From positions 3,408 to 67,407 of the forward strand of contig JAITJZ010000044.1 of assembly GCA_031278655.1 (NCBI GenBank): DNA of 64,000 nt, given 5' to 3'. Source of the stretch: Bifidobacteriaceae bacterium. GTDB lineage: Bacteria; Actinomycetota; Actinomycetes; Actinomycetales; WQXJ01. The notes under the pieces are model-generated. The model was not told the DNA's origin. It saw only the letters and a program-made list of their open reading frames with translations, and did no database searches. This document shows, one piece after another, positions 1-11,356 of the stretch (position 1 is the stretch's first letter; every line of letters starts with the position of its first letter). The position numbers and the translations under genes are program-made.

Positions 1-132
1 CTTGATCATGGCGGTTCCCCTCCCCGTTCCGGCCTCGGCGGCCTCAAGCCTCCCGCCCTATTCTGCCGCATCGCGCGGCGCCCTTTGTCCGCCCCGTGCT
101 CAGCCCGCCCGGCCGCCGCGCCCGGCCAGGCC

Positions 133-900
133 TCAGGGGGCAAGGGCGCGGTAGGCGCCGGCGACCGCCAGGCAGAGCGGGTAGAGCGCGTAGAAGATGC
201 GCCTTTGCGGCCAACCGCGCAGGCCGGGCCGGCCGTTGTCGAAGTGCACAAAGACAAAGCCGAGGGCTGGGAAGACTCCCGCCAGCGCGCCGATCCCCCC
301 GCCCACCAGCATCATTGTGTTCTGGCGCGTCCGCAGCAGCCAAAAGACCAGGGTGAAGACCAATACCTCCAGCCCCACCGGCATCACGCCCAGCCGCAAG
401 CCGACGTTGAAGAACACCAGCCAGAGCGCGCCGGCCACGCCCAGCGCCGCCCACAGCCCCGCCCGTCCCAGGCGCGAGCCCGCCTGGAGGCGCGCCCCCG
501 AGGCGCCAAGCGCCAGCACCACCAAACTCACGAGCACGGCGAAGACCGGATTCTGCGAGGTCATGTCCCAGGCCCGGCCGCTGGTGGCCAAGTCGTAAGG
601 GACCTCGCAGATGATCGCCAGCAGGGCCAGGCGCAGCCCGTAGCGCCAGGCGGAGCGGGTGTGCCTGAATCCGGCGCAAACCAGGTGGGCGTAGATCGGC
701 GCCGCCGCCCATGAGGCCGCCTCCAGCACCACGGCGGCGCTCAGGCGGCCGAGCCCGGCCTCGGCCAAGTCCGCCGGCATGTCCTTTTGGACCACGGCGG
801 TGCCAACCATCGATCCCGCCAACAGCGTCAGACCGATGATCTTCAGCCACTTCTGGGACAGCCCGCGCCGCCGGCGGCGCCTGGTCGCGCGTTCCTCCAT
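133..900 (-). CDS. TraX family-like polytopic membrane protein
   Basis: ORF 133..1095(-) trimmed to the internal ATG at 900 (MEERATRRRR...) so it does not overlap the permease gene. Multi-TM protein with TraX-like blocks (LKIIGLTLL, PIYAHLVCAGFRHTRS, ICEVPYDLA, QNPVFAVL). Confidence 0.65.
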   Translation of the reverse strand: MEERATRRRRRRGLSQKWLKIIGLTLLAGSMVGTAVVQKDMPADLAEAGLGRLSAAVVLEAASWAAAPIYAHLVCAGFRHTRSAWRYGLRLALLAIICEVPYDLATSGRAWDMTSQNPVFAVLVSLVVLALGASGARLQAGSRLGRAGLWAALGVAGALWLVFFNVGLRLGVMPVGLEVLVFTLVFWLLRTRQNTMMLVGGGIGALAGVFPALGFVFVHFDNGRPGLRGWPQRRIFYALYPLCLAVAGAYRALAP

Positions 901-947
901 TCCGATCCCCGGCGGACCTGGGTGGCGGCGGCGCCGCCACCCAGCCG

Positions 948-1874
948 TCAGCCTTTGACAGCTCCGGACATAGAGGACTGATAGAAGCGCTGCATCAGCA
1001 CAAACAGGATGGCGATCGGCACAGAGACGCAGACCGCGCCGGCGGCGAAGCGCGCGAACCAGGTGCCGATGTACTCCATCTGCAGCATCTGCCACAGGCC
1101 CAGGGAGACGGTGTAGTTGTCCTGGGTCCGGCAGATGGCCTTGGCCAGGACAAAGTCAAGCCACGGGGTCATGAACCCGACAATCGCCTGGTAGACGATC
1201 ATCGGCTTGGTGATCGGCAGGATGATCCGGGTGAAGACCTGCCAGCGGGTGCAGCCGTCCAGGATGGCGGCCTCGTCCAGGGAGAAGGGGATGGTGTCCA
1301 TGAACCCCTTCATGACGTAGAAGGCCGCGCCGGAGCCGCCGGCGTAGACCACGATCAGCGCCGCCACCGTGCCGCTCGAGCTGGTGGTCAGCCCCATCGC
1401 TTTGAGGATGAAGTAGATCGCCACCACGGACATGATGCCGGGGAACATGCCCAGGATGAGGGCGCCGTTCATGAACGGTTTGCGCAGGCGGAAGCGCAGG
1501 CGGCTCATGCAGAAGGAGACCGACAGCACAAAGAAGACGCTGATGGCGCAGACCGCGACGGCGATCAGCAAGGTGCGCAGGAACATCTTGCCGAAGTTCA
1601 TCACCTGGGTGTCGGTGAACAGTTGGATGTAGTTGTCGAAGGTGTACTCGGTCGGGAAGAAGGTGGTGGTGTAGGGATTCGGGTCGGCGTTGAAACTCTC
1701 GGCCGCCACCCAGGCCACCGGGACCAGCCAGGCCACGGCCATGACCGCCAGGAAGACGTGGCTGACCACGTCGCCCATGATCCGTCGCGCCCTCATGCCG
1801 CCGTGCCGGGGCGGGCCCTCAAGGTCCGGCTGGGGCGGCCGGGCGCCGACTGACAGACTGGCTTGCGCGCTCAT
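948..1874 (-). CDS. Carbohydrate ABC transporter permease (MalG-type)
   Basis: 308-aa multi-TM ORF with an EAA-loop-like segment FSLDEAAILDGCTRWQVFTRIILPITKP. Its ATG overlaps the stop of the upstream permease (ATGA at 1872-1876). Confidence 0.85.
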   Translation of the reverse strand: MSAQASLSVGARPPQPDLEGPPRHGGMRARRIMGDVVSHVFLAVMAVAWLVPVAWVAAESFNADPNPYTTTFFPTEYTFDNYIQLFTDTQVMNFGKMFLRTLLIAVAVCAISVFFVLSVSFCMSRLRFRLRKPFMNGALILGMFPGIMSVVAIYFILKAMGLTTSSSGTVAALIVVYAGGSGAAFYVMKGFMDTIPFSLDEAAILDGCTRWQVFTRIILPITKPMIVYQAIVGFMTPWLDFVLAKAICRTQDNYTVSLGLWQMLQMEYIGTWFARFAAGAVCVSVPIAILFVLMQRFYQSSMSGAVKG

Positions 1875-3295
1875 CAGCGGAATCCCTCCTCGTTCTTATA
1901 CGACCCACTGCTGCGGTAGGTGATCAGCGAGACCACCGCCAGCACTATGAAGGTGAAGATGCCGATGACGGCGCCAACGTTGTAGTTGCCCTTGTCGACG
2001 GTCAACTTGTAGAGCCAGGTGATCAGCAGGTCGGTCTTGCCGGCCGATTGCCCAACTTCTGGCGGGTCGCCGTTCGAAAGCAGGTAGATGACGTTGAAGT
2101 TGTTGACATTGGCGGTGAAGGTTGTGATCAGGTACGGCGTCATGACGAAGAAGATGTACGGCATCGTGACGTAGATGTAGCGCTCCCACCAACTCGCGCC
2201 GTCGATCTTGGCCGCCTCGTGCGTCTCCGCCGGTATGTTCTGCAGAATGCCCGTGACCTGCATGATTGTGTACGGGATGCCAATCCACAGGTTGATGACG
2301 ATGACCGTGACCCGGGCCCAGGTCGTGTTGCTGAAGAACGGCAGCGCCTCGTCGATCCAGCCCCAGCTCGTCAGCAACTGGTTGACGATGCCCTGTTGTT
2401 GGAGCATCTGATTGACCGCCAGCAGGGACACGAACTGCGGGACGGCGATCGACATCGAGAAGCAGACCCGCCACAAGCTCTTGAACCTGGTGCCGGCCCG
2501 CAGAATGATCATGGCCATGAACATGCCCAGGAAGAAGTTCAGGAAGGTGGCGAAGAACGCCCACACCAGGGTCCAGGCCAGGACCGAGAGGAACAGCTTG
2601 GCGTTGACGCCGATGTCGCCGGACCCGGAGGAGGACAGCACCAGTCCGAAGTTTTTCAGGCCGACCCAGTTGAAGGCCGGCGTGTGGTCGCTGTCGAAGC
2701 TGGTGAAGGCCATCGAGATCATGAACACCAGCGGCAGGACCGTGAAGACCGCCAAGCCGAGGGTCGGCAGGCTCATCAGCGTGCCGTAGAGGCGCGCGTC
2801 CGCCAGGCTCTTGACGTCCTGCGACAACGTTGGGGCCTTGCCCGTGGCCGCCACCAGGACTTCCGCCTTGTAGGCGCTGCGCACCGCGAAGGTCCAAAAG
2901 ACCACGAACAGCAGGACGATGGCCACCCAGGCGATGCCGAACAGCAGGACCTCGACGGAGTTGGTGGGGCTGACAAAGATGAATTCGCCATCGGCGGTCC
3001 ACTCCTGGCTGCCCTTGGTGACCGGGCCGAGTTCGCCCAGCCCTTTCAGGCTGGGAATCCCAGCGGTCACCAAGAGCCAGATGAACGCGGCCTCCACGGC
3101 CAGATAGAGCAAGCCTTTGGCTGCCTGGCCGCGGACTATGTTGCCCAGGCCCATGATCACGGCGCTGGCCTTGGTGTAGCCGTCGCCCAGGCTGAGGGCG
3201 GCGCCGAGGGAATACGGCGACTGTTCGGCGACGGGTTTGCGCCGCTTGCCCGGGGTGCGCTCCTTCGCGCTGACAGGGGACGTGGTTTGTGTCAC
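1874..3295 (-). CDS. Carbohydrate ABC transporter permease (MalF-type)
   Basis: 473-aa multi-TM ORF with an EAA loop (HEAAKIDGASWWERYIYVTMPYI) and a long MalF-like N-terminal extension. GTG start at 3295 is preceded by GAAGGTGGA. Confidence 0.85.
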   Translation of the reverse strand: MTQTTSPVSAKERTPGKRRKPVAEQSPYSLGAALSLGDGYTKASAVIMGLGNIVRGQAAKGLLYLAVEAAFIWLLVTAGIPSLKGLGELGPVTKGSQEWTADGEFIFVSPTNSVEVLLFGIAWVAIVLLFVVFWTFAVRSAYKAEVLVAATGKAPTLSQDVKSLADARLYGTLMSLPTLGLAVFTVLPLVFMISMAFTSFDSDHTPAFNWVGLKNFGLVLSSSGSGDIGVNAKLFLSVLAWTLVWAFFATFLNFFLGMFMAMIILRAGTRFKSLWRVCFSMSIAVPQFVSLLAVNQMLQQQGIVNQLLTSWGWIDEALPFFSNTTWARVTVIVINLWIGIPYTIMQVTGILQNIPAETHEAAKIDGASWWERYIYVTMPYIFFVMTPYLITTFTANVNNFNVIYLLSNGDPPEVGQSAGKTDLLITWLYKLTVDKGNYNVGAVIGIFTFIVLAVVSLITYRSSGSYKNEEGFR

Positions 3296-3410
3296 TAGTT
3301 ATCCACCTTCTTCGACCAGATAGAGCACTCAGGCAACAGGGTCAACCCTACTCCGGCGCCCGGCGGCGCATTTGAGGCCGTCAGCCGCTTGACGATGCCG
3401 TTCATCGGTC

Positions 3411-4640
3411 CTACTTGCCAACGTTGAGGGACTTGTTCCAGGCCTCGGTCAACTTGGCGGCGTTGGCGGCGGTGACTTCTTTCGACACCAGCGCCTTGCC
3501 GAAGTTCTCCGTCGGGTCCCAGAAATTCGACATCGTCGGCAGCCCCGGCTGCAGGGCCGAAGTGTTGGCGACGGTGTCGATCTGCGCGATCGCCACCAGA
3601 TCGGCGCCGACCTCTGAACTAGAAGTCAGCGACTGATCGGTGGGGATGATCCCGCGCATCTCGTAATGGGACTTCTGGGCCTGCGTCGAGCCGAGGAAGG
3701 CGGCAAAGGCGGCGGCCGCCTGCGGATGGTCGGTGTACGGGTTGAACGCGATCGCCTTCGAGCCGACGAAGGACCTCATCTGGACTTGTTTGCCGTCCAA
3801 CGTGAAGGTCGGCAGTTGGGCGGCGGCGAAATCGTCGCCGAGGGCCTCTTGGACCGCCGCCGCGTCCCACGAGCCGGAGAAGAAGGCGCTGACGGAGCCC
3901 TTCTTGATGCTCGCCAGGCCCGAGCCCATGGAGTCGACCATGAAATTGGGCTGGCGCAGCAGGTTCGCCAAGTAGGCCGTCACGTCGCCGGCCTTGTCCC
4001 CGGCGAAGTCGAAGCCAGCCGACGCGTCGGTGCCTTCCGGCCCGAACAGGGTGCAACCGTTGCCGACGTAGAAGGACGGCAGGTACCACGAGTTGTCAAG
4101 CGGGAAAGCGATCGCGGCTTTCGCCATCATGGCCTCGAGACTCTTGATGTCTTCTTCGGTGAAGACCGACTTGTCGTAATACATGAACCAGGTGTTGGCC
4201 GTGAACGGGACGGCGTAGACCTGGCCGTCCGCCCCGGTCACCGAGTTGACAATGATGGCGTCGGCGGTCTGCTCGCGCACTTGGGCCAGCACGTCCGGCG
4301 GCAGCAGGCCGATGGCGCTGGCGTCGACCAGGGTGCCGAGTTGGTCGCTGGCGAACATGTAGACGTCGGCCGCGGCCGGCGCGTCCTGTTTGACCGAGGT
4401 GGCCGCGTCGGACTCGGAGGCGACCGAGTTGCGCCACGTGATCTTCCATTCCGGATGGGCCGCTTCGAAGGCCGCCTCCTGGGTCTGCAGCCACGAGTTC
4501 GAGTCCGCCTGGTCCTCCTGCGGCCCCCACACGCTCAGGGTGATCTCGGTGACACCGTCCTCGCCGCCACCGGGGCCGCCGCAGGCGGTCACGGCCACCG
4601 CCAAGCCCGCCGCCGCCGTCATCATAGCTAAACGTCTCAC
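3411..4640 (-). CDS. ABC transporter sugar-binding lipoprotein (maltose/maltodextrin-type)
   Basis: 409 aa with an N-terminal signal peptide and lipobox (LAVAVTACGG). First gene of a binding-protein/permease/permease operon. GGAGG lies upstream of the GTG start. Confidence 0.8.
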   Translation of the reverse strand: MRRLAMMTAAAGLAVAVTACGGPGGGEDGVTEITLSVWGPQEDQADSNSWLQTQEAAFEAAHPEWKITWRNSVASESDAATSVKQDAPAAADVYMFASDQLGTLVDASAIGLLPPDVLAQVREQTADAIIVNSVTGADGQVYAVPFTANTWFMYYDKSVFTEEDIKSLEAMMAKAAIAFPLDNSWYLPSFYVGNGCTLFGPEGTDASAGFDFAGDKAGDVTAYLANLLRQPNFMVDSMGSGLASIKKGSVSAFFSGSWDAAAVQEALGDDFAAAQLPTFTLDGKQVQMRSFVGSKAIAFNPYTDHPQAAAAFAAFLGSTQAQKSHYEMRGIIPTDQSLTSSSEVGADLVAIAQIDTVANTSALQPGLPTMSNFWDPTENFGKALVSKEVTAANAAKLTEAWNKSLNVGK

Positions 4641-4892
4641 GTTGCCTCCATCTAACTAATCTGGCGCCCGCGGGCCCGTTGACCGCCCGCGGTGTTGATC
4701 GTCAAGAGCTACCGTATCGCCGCAGGCGAACGCGAAACAACGAACTGTGACGAGCATCACTCACGCCGGGGCGGGCCGAAGCCCGCCTGCAACCCAGGCT
4801 GGCAGCTAGGGCGGCGCGCTGACCAGCGGCTTTGGAGCGCCGCCCACCGGCGGCCGCGCCAAAAAAGCGCGCAAAACTCAGTGGCCGGCAAT

Positions 4893-7592
4893 TCAGTGGC
4901 CGGCCTCGCGCCAGGACGCGCCCCGCCCAATCGAAACCGTCAGCGGCACCCTCAACTGCGCCGCCGCCGCCATCTCCCGACGCAAGACCGCCTCGACAAC
5001 CGGCGACTCGGCATCGGCCACCTCCACCATCAACTCGTCGTGGACCTGCAAAATCAACCGCGAGCGCAGCCCCTCCAACCGCAACGCCGCCTCGACCTTC
5101 AACATCGCCACCTTGATGATGTCCGCGGCGCTGCCCTGGATGGGGGCGTTCAGGGCCATGCGTTCGGCCATCTCGCGGCGCTGGCGGTTCTGGCTGCCGA
5201 GGTCCGGCAGGTAGCGGCGGCGGCCCAAGATGGTCTGGGTGTAGCCGTCGCGGCGGGCCTGCGCCACCACGCCCTCCAGGTAATCGCGGATGCCGCCGAA
5301 GCGCGCGAAATAGTCGTTGCGCAGCGCCTCCGCCTCCCCCTGCGCGATCCCCAACTGCCGCGACAAGCCGTAGGCGCTGAGCCCGTAGGCCAAGCCGTAG
5401 CTCATCGCCTTGATGCGCGAGCGCTGCTCAGCCGAGACCGCCTCCGGCGCCACCCCGAAGACCCGGGCCGCGACACTGCGGTGCAGGTCCTCGCCCTCCC
5501 CCAGGGAGGCGATGAGAGCCTCGTCGCGGCTCAGATGAGCCATGATCCGCATCTCGATCTGCGAATAGTCCGCCGTCATCAATTCGGCGTAGCCGGACCC
5601 GACCACAAAACAATGCCGCACTTGGCGGCCGATCTGGCTGCGCGTCGGGATGTTCTGCAGATTCGGGTCGGAGCTGGACAGCCGCCCGGTCGCGGCCACG
5701 GTCTGCCCGAAGGTCGTGTGGATGCGGCCGTCGTCCTGGACCGATCCCGCCAACGTGTCCACCATCTGACGCAACTTGATGGCGTCGCGGTGCGCCAGCA
5801 GGTGCTCCAGGAACGGGTGCGGCTGGTGCTTGAACAGATCCGCCAGCGACTCCGCGTCCGTCGAGTAACCGGTCTTGGTCCGCCGCGTCTTCGGCATGCC
5901 GAGGTCGTTGAACAAAACCTCCTGCAACGCCTTCGGGCTGCCAAGGTTGACCGACTTGCCGCCCAGGGCGGTGATCGCGTCCCGCTCGGCCAGCTCGACC
6001 CGCCCGGCCAGCTCAGAGCGCACGGCGCCGAGGCGCTCCAGGTCCACGGCCACGCCCGCGCGCTCCATGGCCGCCAGGATCGCCGTCAACGGCTGCTCCA
6101 ACTCGACCAGCAGGCTGGTCGCCCCGCGCTCAGCGAGTTCCCTGGTCAGCGGCTCGACCAGGCGCGCCGTGGCGACCGCGCGGGCGGCCTGCTCAAGGCC
6201 CGCCGGGCCGTCGCCCAAGTCCAGGACCCCCTGCCCGCCGCGCTCCTCCTCGGCCAGCCGCGCGCCCAAGAAGCGCTCCGTCAACCCGCCCAGATCGTAA
6301 CCGCGCTGGTCCGGCCAGATCAGGTAGGCGGCCATCTCGGTGTCGAAGACCACGCCGGCCAGCTCCAAGCCGCTGCCGCGCAGCTCCTGGATGGCGCCCT
6401 TGGTGCCGTGGACGGCCTTGGCGGCCGTCGGGTCCCGCAACCAGGCCGCCAGGGCCGCCTCGTCGGCGGGGTCCAGCGCGGTCGCGTCCAGAACCGCCGC
6501 CCGCCCGTCGCCGAAGCCGATGACGACCCCCCAAGCCTCGCCGCCGCCCGGCGTCAGCCGGCCATTGATTTCCAGCCCGGCCGTCTGGCCTTGGTATTCG
6601 CGCAGAAACGGGCCCATCCCCCGAACGCCGATCACCACCGGCTTGATCGACTCCGGCGCCGCGGGCGGCTGTCCGGCGGCGGCGGCGTCCCAGACGCCGG
6701 AGCGGAGCAGCCGCTGCTTGACGGCCCCGAACTGCAACGAGGTGAACAACAGGTCCAGCTCCTGATGGTTGACGGCGCCGAGCCTCAGCGCCGCCAAGTC
6801 AGGCCCCAGCGGCACGTCCGCCACGTCCAACGCCACGTCCCGCCGCAGCTCGCCGAGCTGGCGGTTCAGTTTGACCTGCTCCAAATGCCGGCGCAGATTC
6901 TCCCCAGCCACGCCCTTGACCCGGTCGGCGTGCGCCGCCAACCCCTCCAGCGAGCCGTATTCGGCCAGCCACTTCGCCGCCGTCACCTTGCCGACCTTGT
7001 CCACGCCCGGCAGGTTGTCCGAGTGCTCCCCCACCAGCGCCGCCAGGTCCGGGTACTGCGTCGGCGTGACGCCGTAGCGGGCCTCGACCTCGGCCGGGGT
7101 GATCTCGGCCATCTCCGCGGCCGTGCCCCGGCCCTGCGGGTAAAGCACCGTCACGGCATCGGACACCAACTGGAAGGTGTCGCGGTCGCCGGACAGCACC
7201 AAAACCGCCATCCCGGCGGCCGCGCCGGCCGTCGCCAAAGTGGCCACCACGTCATCGGCCTCCACCTTAGGGACCTCGAAACTGCGGATGCCGAGCGCGG
7301 CCAAAACCTCCTTGATCAGCGGCACCTGCCCCTTGAACTCCTCCGGCGTCTGCGCCCGCCCGGCCTTGTACTGCGGGTACAAAGCCGTCCGGAAGGACTG
7401 CCGCGACGAGTCGAAGGCCGCCGCCACGTGGGTCGGCCGCAGCCGCCCAAGCTGGCTGGCGAGCGTGTTGACGAAGCCGTAGACCGCGCCCACCGGCTCG
7501 CCCGTGGTGGTTGTGAAGTCGGCGTCGCGCAGGGCGTAGAAGGAGCGGTAGGCCAGCGAATGGCCGTCGATCAGCAGGAGCGTGTCAGTCAC
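4893..7592 (-). CDS. polA: DNA polymerase I
   Basis: 899 aa. 5'-3' exonuclease N-terminus (LLLIDGHSLAYRSFYA). Family-A polymerase motifs DYSQIEMRIMAHLS, RSRIKAMSYGLAYGLS and QVHDELMVEV. Confidence 0.97.
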   Translation of the reverse strand: MTDTLLLIDGHSLAYRSFYALRDADFTTTTGEPVGAVYGFVNTLASQLGRLRPTHVAAAFDSSRQSFRTALYPQYKAGRAQTPEEFKGQVPLIKEVLAALGIRSFEVPKVEADDVVATLATAGAAAGMAVLVLSGDRDTFQLVSDAVTVLYPQGRGTAAEMAEITPAEVEARYGVTPTQYPDLAALVGEHSDNLPGVDKVGKVTAAKWLAEYGSLEGLAAHADRVKGVAGENLRRHLEQVKLNRQLGELRRDVALDVADVPLGPDLAALRLGAVNHQELDLLFTSLQFGAVKQRLLRSGVWDAAAAGQPPAAPESIKPVVIGVRGMGPFLREYQGQTAGLEINGRLTPGGGEAWGVVIGFGDGRAAVLDATALDPADEAALAAWLRDPTAAKAVHGTKGAIQELRGSGLELAGVVFDTEMAAYLIWPDQRGYDLGGLTERFLGARLAEEERGGQGVLDLGDGPAGLEQAARAVATARLVEPLTRELAERGATSLLVELEQPLTAILAAMERAGVAVDLERLGAVRSELAGRVELAERDAITALGGKSVNLGSPKALQEVLFNDLGMPKTRRTKTGYSTDAESLADLFKHQPHPFLEHLLAHRDAIKLRQMVDTLAGSVQDDGRIHTTFGQTVAATGRLSSSDPNLQNIPTRSQIGRQVRHCFVVGSGYAELMTADYSQIEMRIMAHLSRDEALIASLGEGEDLHRSVAARVFGVAPEAVSAEQRSRIKAMSYGLAYGLSAYGLSRQLGIAQGEAEALRNDYFARFGGIRDYLEGVVAQARRDGYTQTILGRRRYLPDLGSQNRQRREMAERMALNAPIQGSAADIIKVAMLKVEAALRLEGLRSRLILQVHDELMVEVADAESPVVEAVLRREMAAAAQLRVPLTVSIGRGASWREAGH

Positions 7593-7670
7593 CGCTCCAG
7601 AATACTTTCAGGCCGCCGCCCGATGCCGCGCCACCAGCCGGGCGTTCGTCTCACCTTGGGCGCGCCTGCG

Positions 7671-8270
7671 TCAGGTGCCCATTTGGGTGATCACCGCGTC
7701 GGCCACCTCGCGCATCGTCAGGCGCCGGTTCATGGAGGTCTTCTGAATCCAGCGGAACGCCGCCGCCTCGTCCAACGCCATCTTCGCCATCAGGAAACCC
7801 TTGGCCCGCTCGACCCGTTTGCGGGTCTCGAGGCGTTCCTCCATGCTGGAGACCTCATCCTCGAGAGAGACGATCTCGTCGTGGCGGGCGATGGCGATCT
7901 CGATCGCCGGCAGCAGGTCTGCGGCCGTGAACGGCTTGATGACGAAGGCCATCGCACCCACGTCTTTGGCCCTCTCGACCAGCTCCGCCTGAGAGAACGC
8001 GGTCAGCATGACCACCGGCGCGATCCGTCTCTGGGCTATCTTGTCGGCCGCGGTGAGCCCGTCCATGACCGGCATCTTGACGTCCATGATGACCACGTCC
8101 GGACGCAGTTCCTCGGCCAACTGGACAGCTTCTTCGCCGTTGGCCGCCTCCCCGACCACGTCGAAACCCGCCTCCCGGAGAATCTCGACCGCGTCCAGCC
8201 GGATCAGCGCCTCATCTTCCGCCACCACGACACGTCGCGCGGCGGGCTCGTTTGCCTTCTTATCAGTCAC
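7671..8270 (-). CDS. pdtaR: ANTAR-domain response regulator (PdtaR-like)
   Basis: REC domain (VVVAEDEALIRLD...DVVIMDVKMP) plus ANTAR domain (RKRVERAKGFLMAKMALDEAAAFRWIQKTSMNRRLTMREVA). Start moved from 8360 to the GTG at 8270 (VTDKKANE...), because the longer form would run over the tRNA gene on the other strand. Confidence 0.85.
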   Translation of the reverse strand: MTDKKANEPAARRVVVAEDEALIRLDAVEILREAGFDVVGEAANGEEAVQLAEELRPDVVIMDVKMPVMDGLTAADKIAQRRIAPVVMLTAFSQAELVERAKDVGAMAFVIKPFTAADLLPAIEIAIARHDEIVSLEDEVSSMEERLETRKRVERAKGFLMAKMALDEAAAFRWIQKTSMNRRLTMREVADAVITQMGT

Positions 8271-8314
8271 AGGATGTAGCCTAGTGTCCTGGGCGCGCCG
8301 GGCGCGCCCAACCA

Positions 8315-8391
8315 GCCCTGGTGGCCCAACTGGCAGAGGCAGTCGGCTCAAACCCGGCACGGTGTGGGTTCGAATCCCACCCAGGGCACCA
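8315..8391 (+). tRNA. tRNA with anticodon CAA (Leu by anticodon), encoded CCA end
   Basis: Manual cloverleaf. Acceptor GCCCTGG/CCAGGGC. D-arm GCCC-AACTGGCAG-AGGC with G18 G19. Anticodon arm GTCGG-CTCAAAC-CCGGC. 5-nt variable region ACGGT. T-arm GTGGG-TTCGAAT-CCCAC. Discriminator A, then CCA. Confidence 0.85.
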
Positions 8392-8531
8392 AAGTGGAAC
8401 AGTTCAAACCTGGTGCGACATCGGGTCTAAACTCGGCGAACTGCCGGGCGGCGCCGCACGGCTATTACGCGGACGGCGAACTGGGCCGTCCGGCGGGCAT
8501 CAACGCCGCCCCGCCGTGGTTGTATGGCGAT

Positions 8532-8738
8532 GTGACCACAATTGAACAAGCTTCCCGTTTGAAAGCCCAAGACCGCTGCGACCGCTGCGGCGCCCGCGCC
8601 TATTTCCGGGCCGTCATGATGTCCGGCGAGTTGCTGTTCTGCGCCCACCACGGCCGCGGCGTGATGAACGGGCTCAAAAGCCAAGCCCTCCGCGTCGACG
8701 ACTTCACCGACGATCTGGTCGGCCTCCAGGAGCGTTAG
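8532..8738 (+). CDS. Small conserved actinobacterial Cys/His protein (CxxC...CxHH)
   Basis: C-terminal part of ORF 8364..8738, containing DRCDRCGARAYFRAVMMSGELLFCAHHG. I recognise this as a small protein common in actinobacteria near sigA. Start set at GTG 8532 (TTG 8520 is an alternative). The upstream part of the ORF overlaps the tRNA. Confidence 0.6.
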   Translation: MTTIEQASRLKAQDRCDRCGARAYFRAVMMSGELLFCAHHGRGVMNGLKSQALRVDDFTDDLVGLQER

Positions 8739-8776
8739 CCCGCCGGGCCCGCACCCGGTTCGCCGGCGAACCTTGG

Positions 8777-9682
8777 TCAGCGGAATAGGTCTGGGGCGGT
8801 CAGTTCGCTGGGCAGCGGATAGGGGTTGAAGACGCAGCCGTTCAGGCCCTTCGACTGCTGCATCATCAGGGGCGCGATCTGGCCCGCGCCGGGGCAGTAC
8901 GAGTGGTTGTGGTGCCCCAGCCAGTGGCCGACTTCGTGATTCACCACCATCATGCGGTAATCGCGCACCGGCACGTCATCCATCACCCCGGGCGGCGCCG
9001 ACTCGACCCAGCGGACCTCGTTGATGATGATGTTGCGGTCTATTGAGCAGGACAGCCCTGTGCTGCAGATGCTTGAGAAGCTCGGCACCTGGGAGTCCTC
9101 CGTCAGCCAGACGGTTATCATGCCGTCGCTGGGCACGCGGCGGAACTCGATCCCGGCGGCGGGCCAACCCTTCGGGTCGGCCAGGAACTCGGCCACCTGG
9201 GCGGCGAAGTCCTCCAGATCGACGCCGACGCTCCCCTTGGCGGCGATCTCGTAGGTGACGGTGGCGCGCACCGGCGCCTTGGACGATGCCGCGGACTCGG
9301 TTGGCGACGGCTGGCTCGGGGAGGGCGTGGCTGGCCGGGAGGGCGTGGCGGCGGGCGGCGAGGAAGGGCTCGGGCTCGGCGGCGGGGTCCCGACGCGCAA
9401 ACCCGAGCGGTCCACGGCATCGGCGGCCGGCGAACTGGGGGACGGCGCTGAACCGGCGCCCTGGTTCGGGCCGGGCGTCCACAGATAGGCCCCGCCCCAG
9501 ACGATCAACACCAGGCTAAGGCCGGTCATCCCGCCGAACACGGCCGCGCGCCGGGCGGGAGAGCCCTCGGCGCCGCCAGCGCCCGCGACGTGGGCGGCGG
9601 GGGGCGCGCCCGCCCCCGCCCGCGAACGGGCCAGCCGTCGAAGCCCTAGCCGCGGGCGTGGGCGCGAATCGCGGTTAGCCAC
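8777..9682 (-). CDS. Membrane-anchored zinc-metalloprotease-like protein (DUF3152-like)
   Basis: 301 aa with an N-terminal TM segment, a Pro/Ser-rich linker and a C-terminal domain carrying HEVGHWLGHHNH (HExxHxxGH). The start directly abuts the sigma-factor stop (9682/9683). Confidence 0.7.
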   Translation of the reverse strand: MANRDSRPRPRLGLRRLARSRAGAGAPPAAHVAGAGGAEGSPARRAAVFGGMTGLSLVLIVWGGAYLWTPGPNQGAGSAPSPSSPAADAVDRSGLRVGTPPPSPSPSSPPAATPSRPATPSPSQPSPTESAASSKAPVRATVTYEIAAKGSVGVDLEDFAAQVAEFLADPKGWPAAGIEFRRVPSDGMITVWLTEDSQVPSFSSICSTGLSCSIDRNIIINEVRWVESAPPGVMDDVPVRDYRMMVVNHEVGHWLGHHNHSYCPGAGQIAPLMMQQSKGLNGCVFNPYPLPSELTAPDLFR

Positions 9683-11311
<1,629 letters not shown>

Positions 11312-11334
11312 GTACCCACTCCTTATCGTCTAAA

Positions 11335-11356
11335 AGGAGCCGGATCGCTCCGGCTC
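11335..11356 (-). promoter_or_regulatory. GC-rich hairpin in the sigA 5' leader (terminator-like shape)
   Basis: On the minus strand the sequence is AAAGAGCCGGA-GCGA-UCCGGCUC-CUUUUAG. That is an 8-bp stem, a 4-nt loop and a short U tract, ending about 12 nt before the sigA Shine-Dalgarno sequence. Confidence 0.4.

Noticed and set aside
1-10. Possible minus-strand gene start (GGAGGGGAACCGCC-ATG-ATC-AAG) at the window edge
   Set aside because: Only three codons are inside the window, so the gene cannot be evaluated.
4878-4903. Direct duplication TCAGTGGCCGGC x2 at the polA stop codon
   Set aside because: It is a 12-bp duplication with 2-nt spacing and has no associated structure or ORF consequence. 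It is likely a trivial slippage event.
4692-8279. 1195-aa ORF on the plus strand spanning the whole polA/pdtaR region
   Set aside because: It is antisense to two genes with unambiguous catalytic motifs. Its composition is Arg/Pro/Gly/Ala-rich low complexity with no recognisable domain. It is a typical stop-codon-poor antisense frame in very GC-rich DNA.
8392-8531. Integrative element or att site at the 3' side of the tRNA
   Set aside because: No integrase, no direct repeat of the tRNA 3' end, and the flanking genes are conserved core genes.
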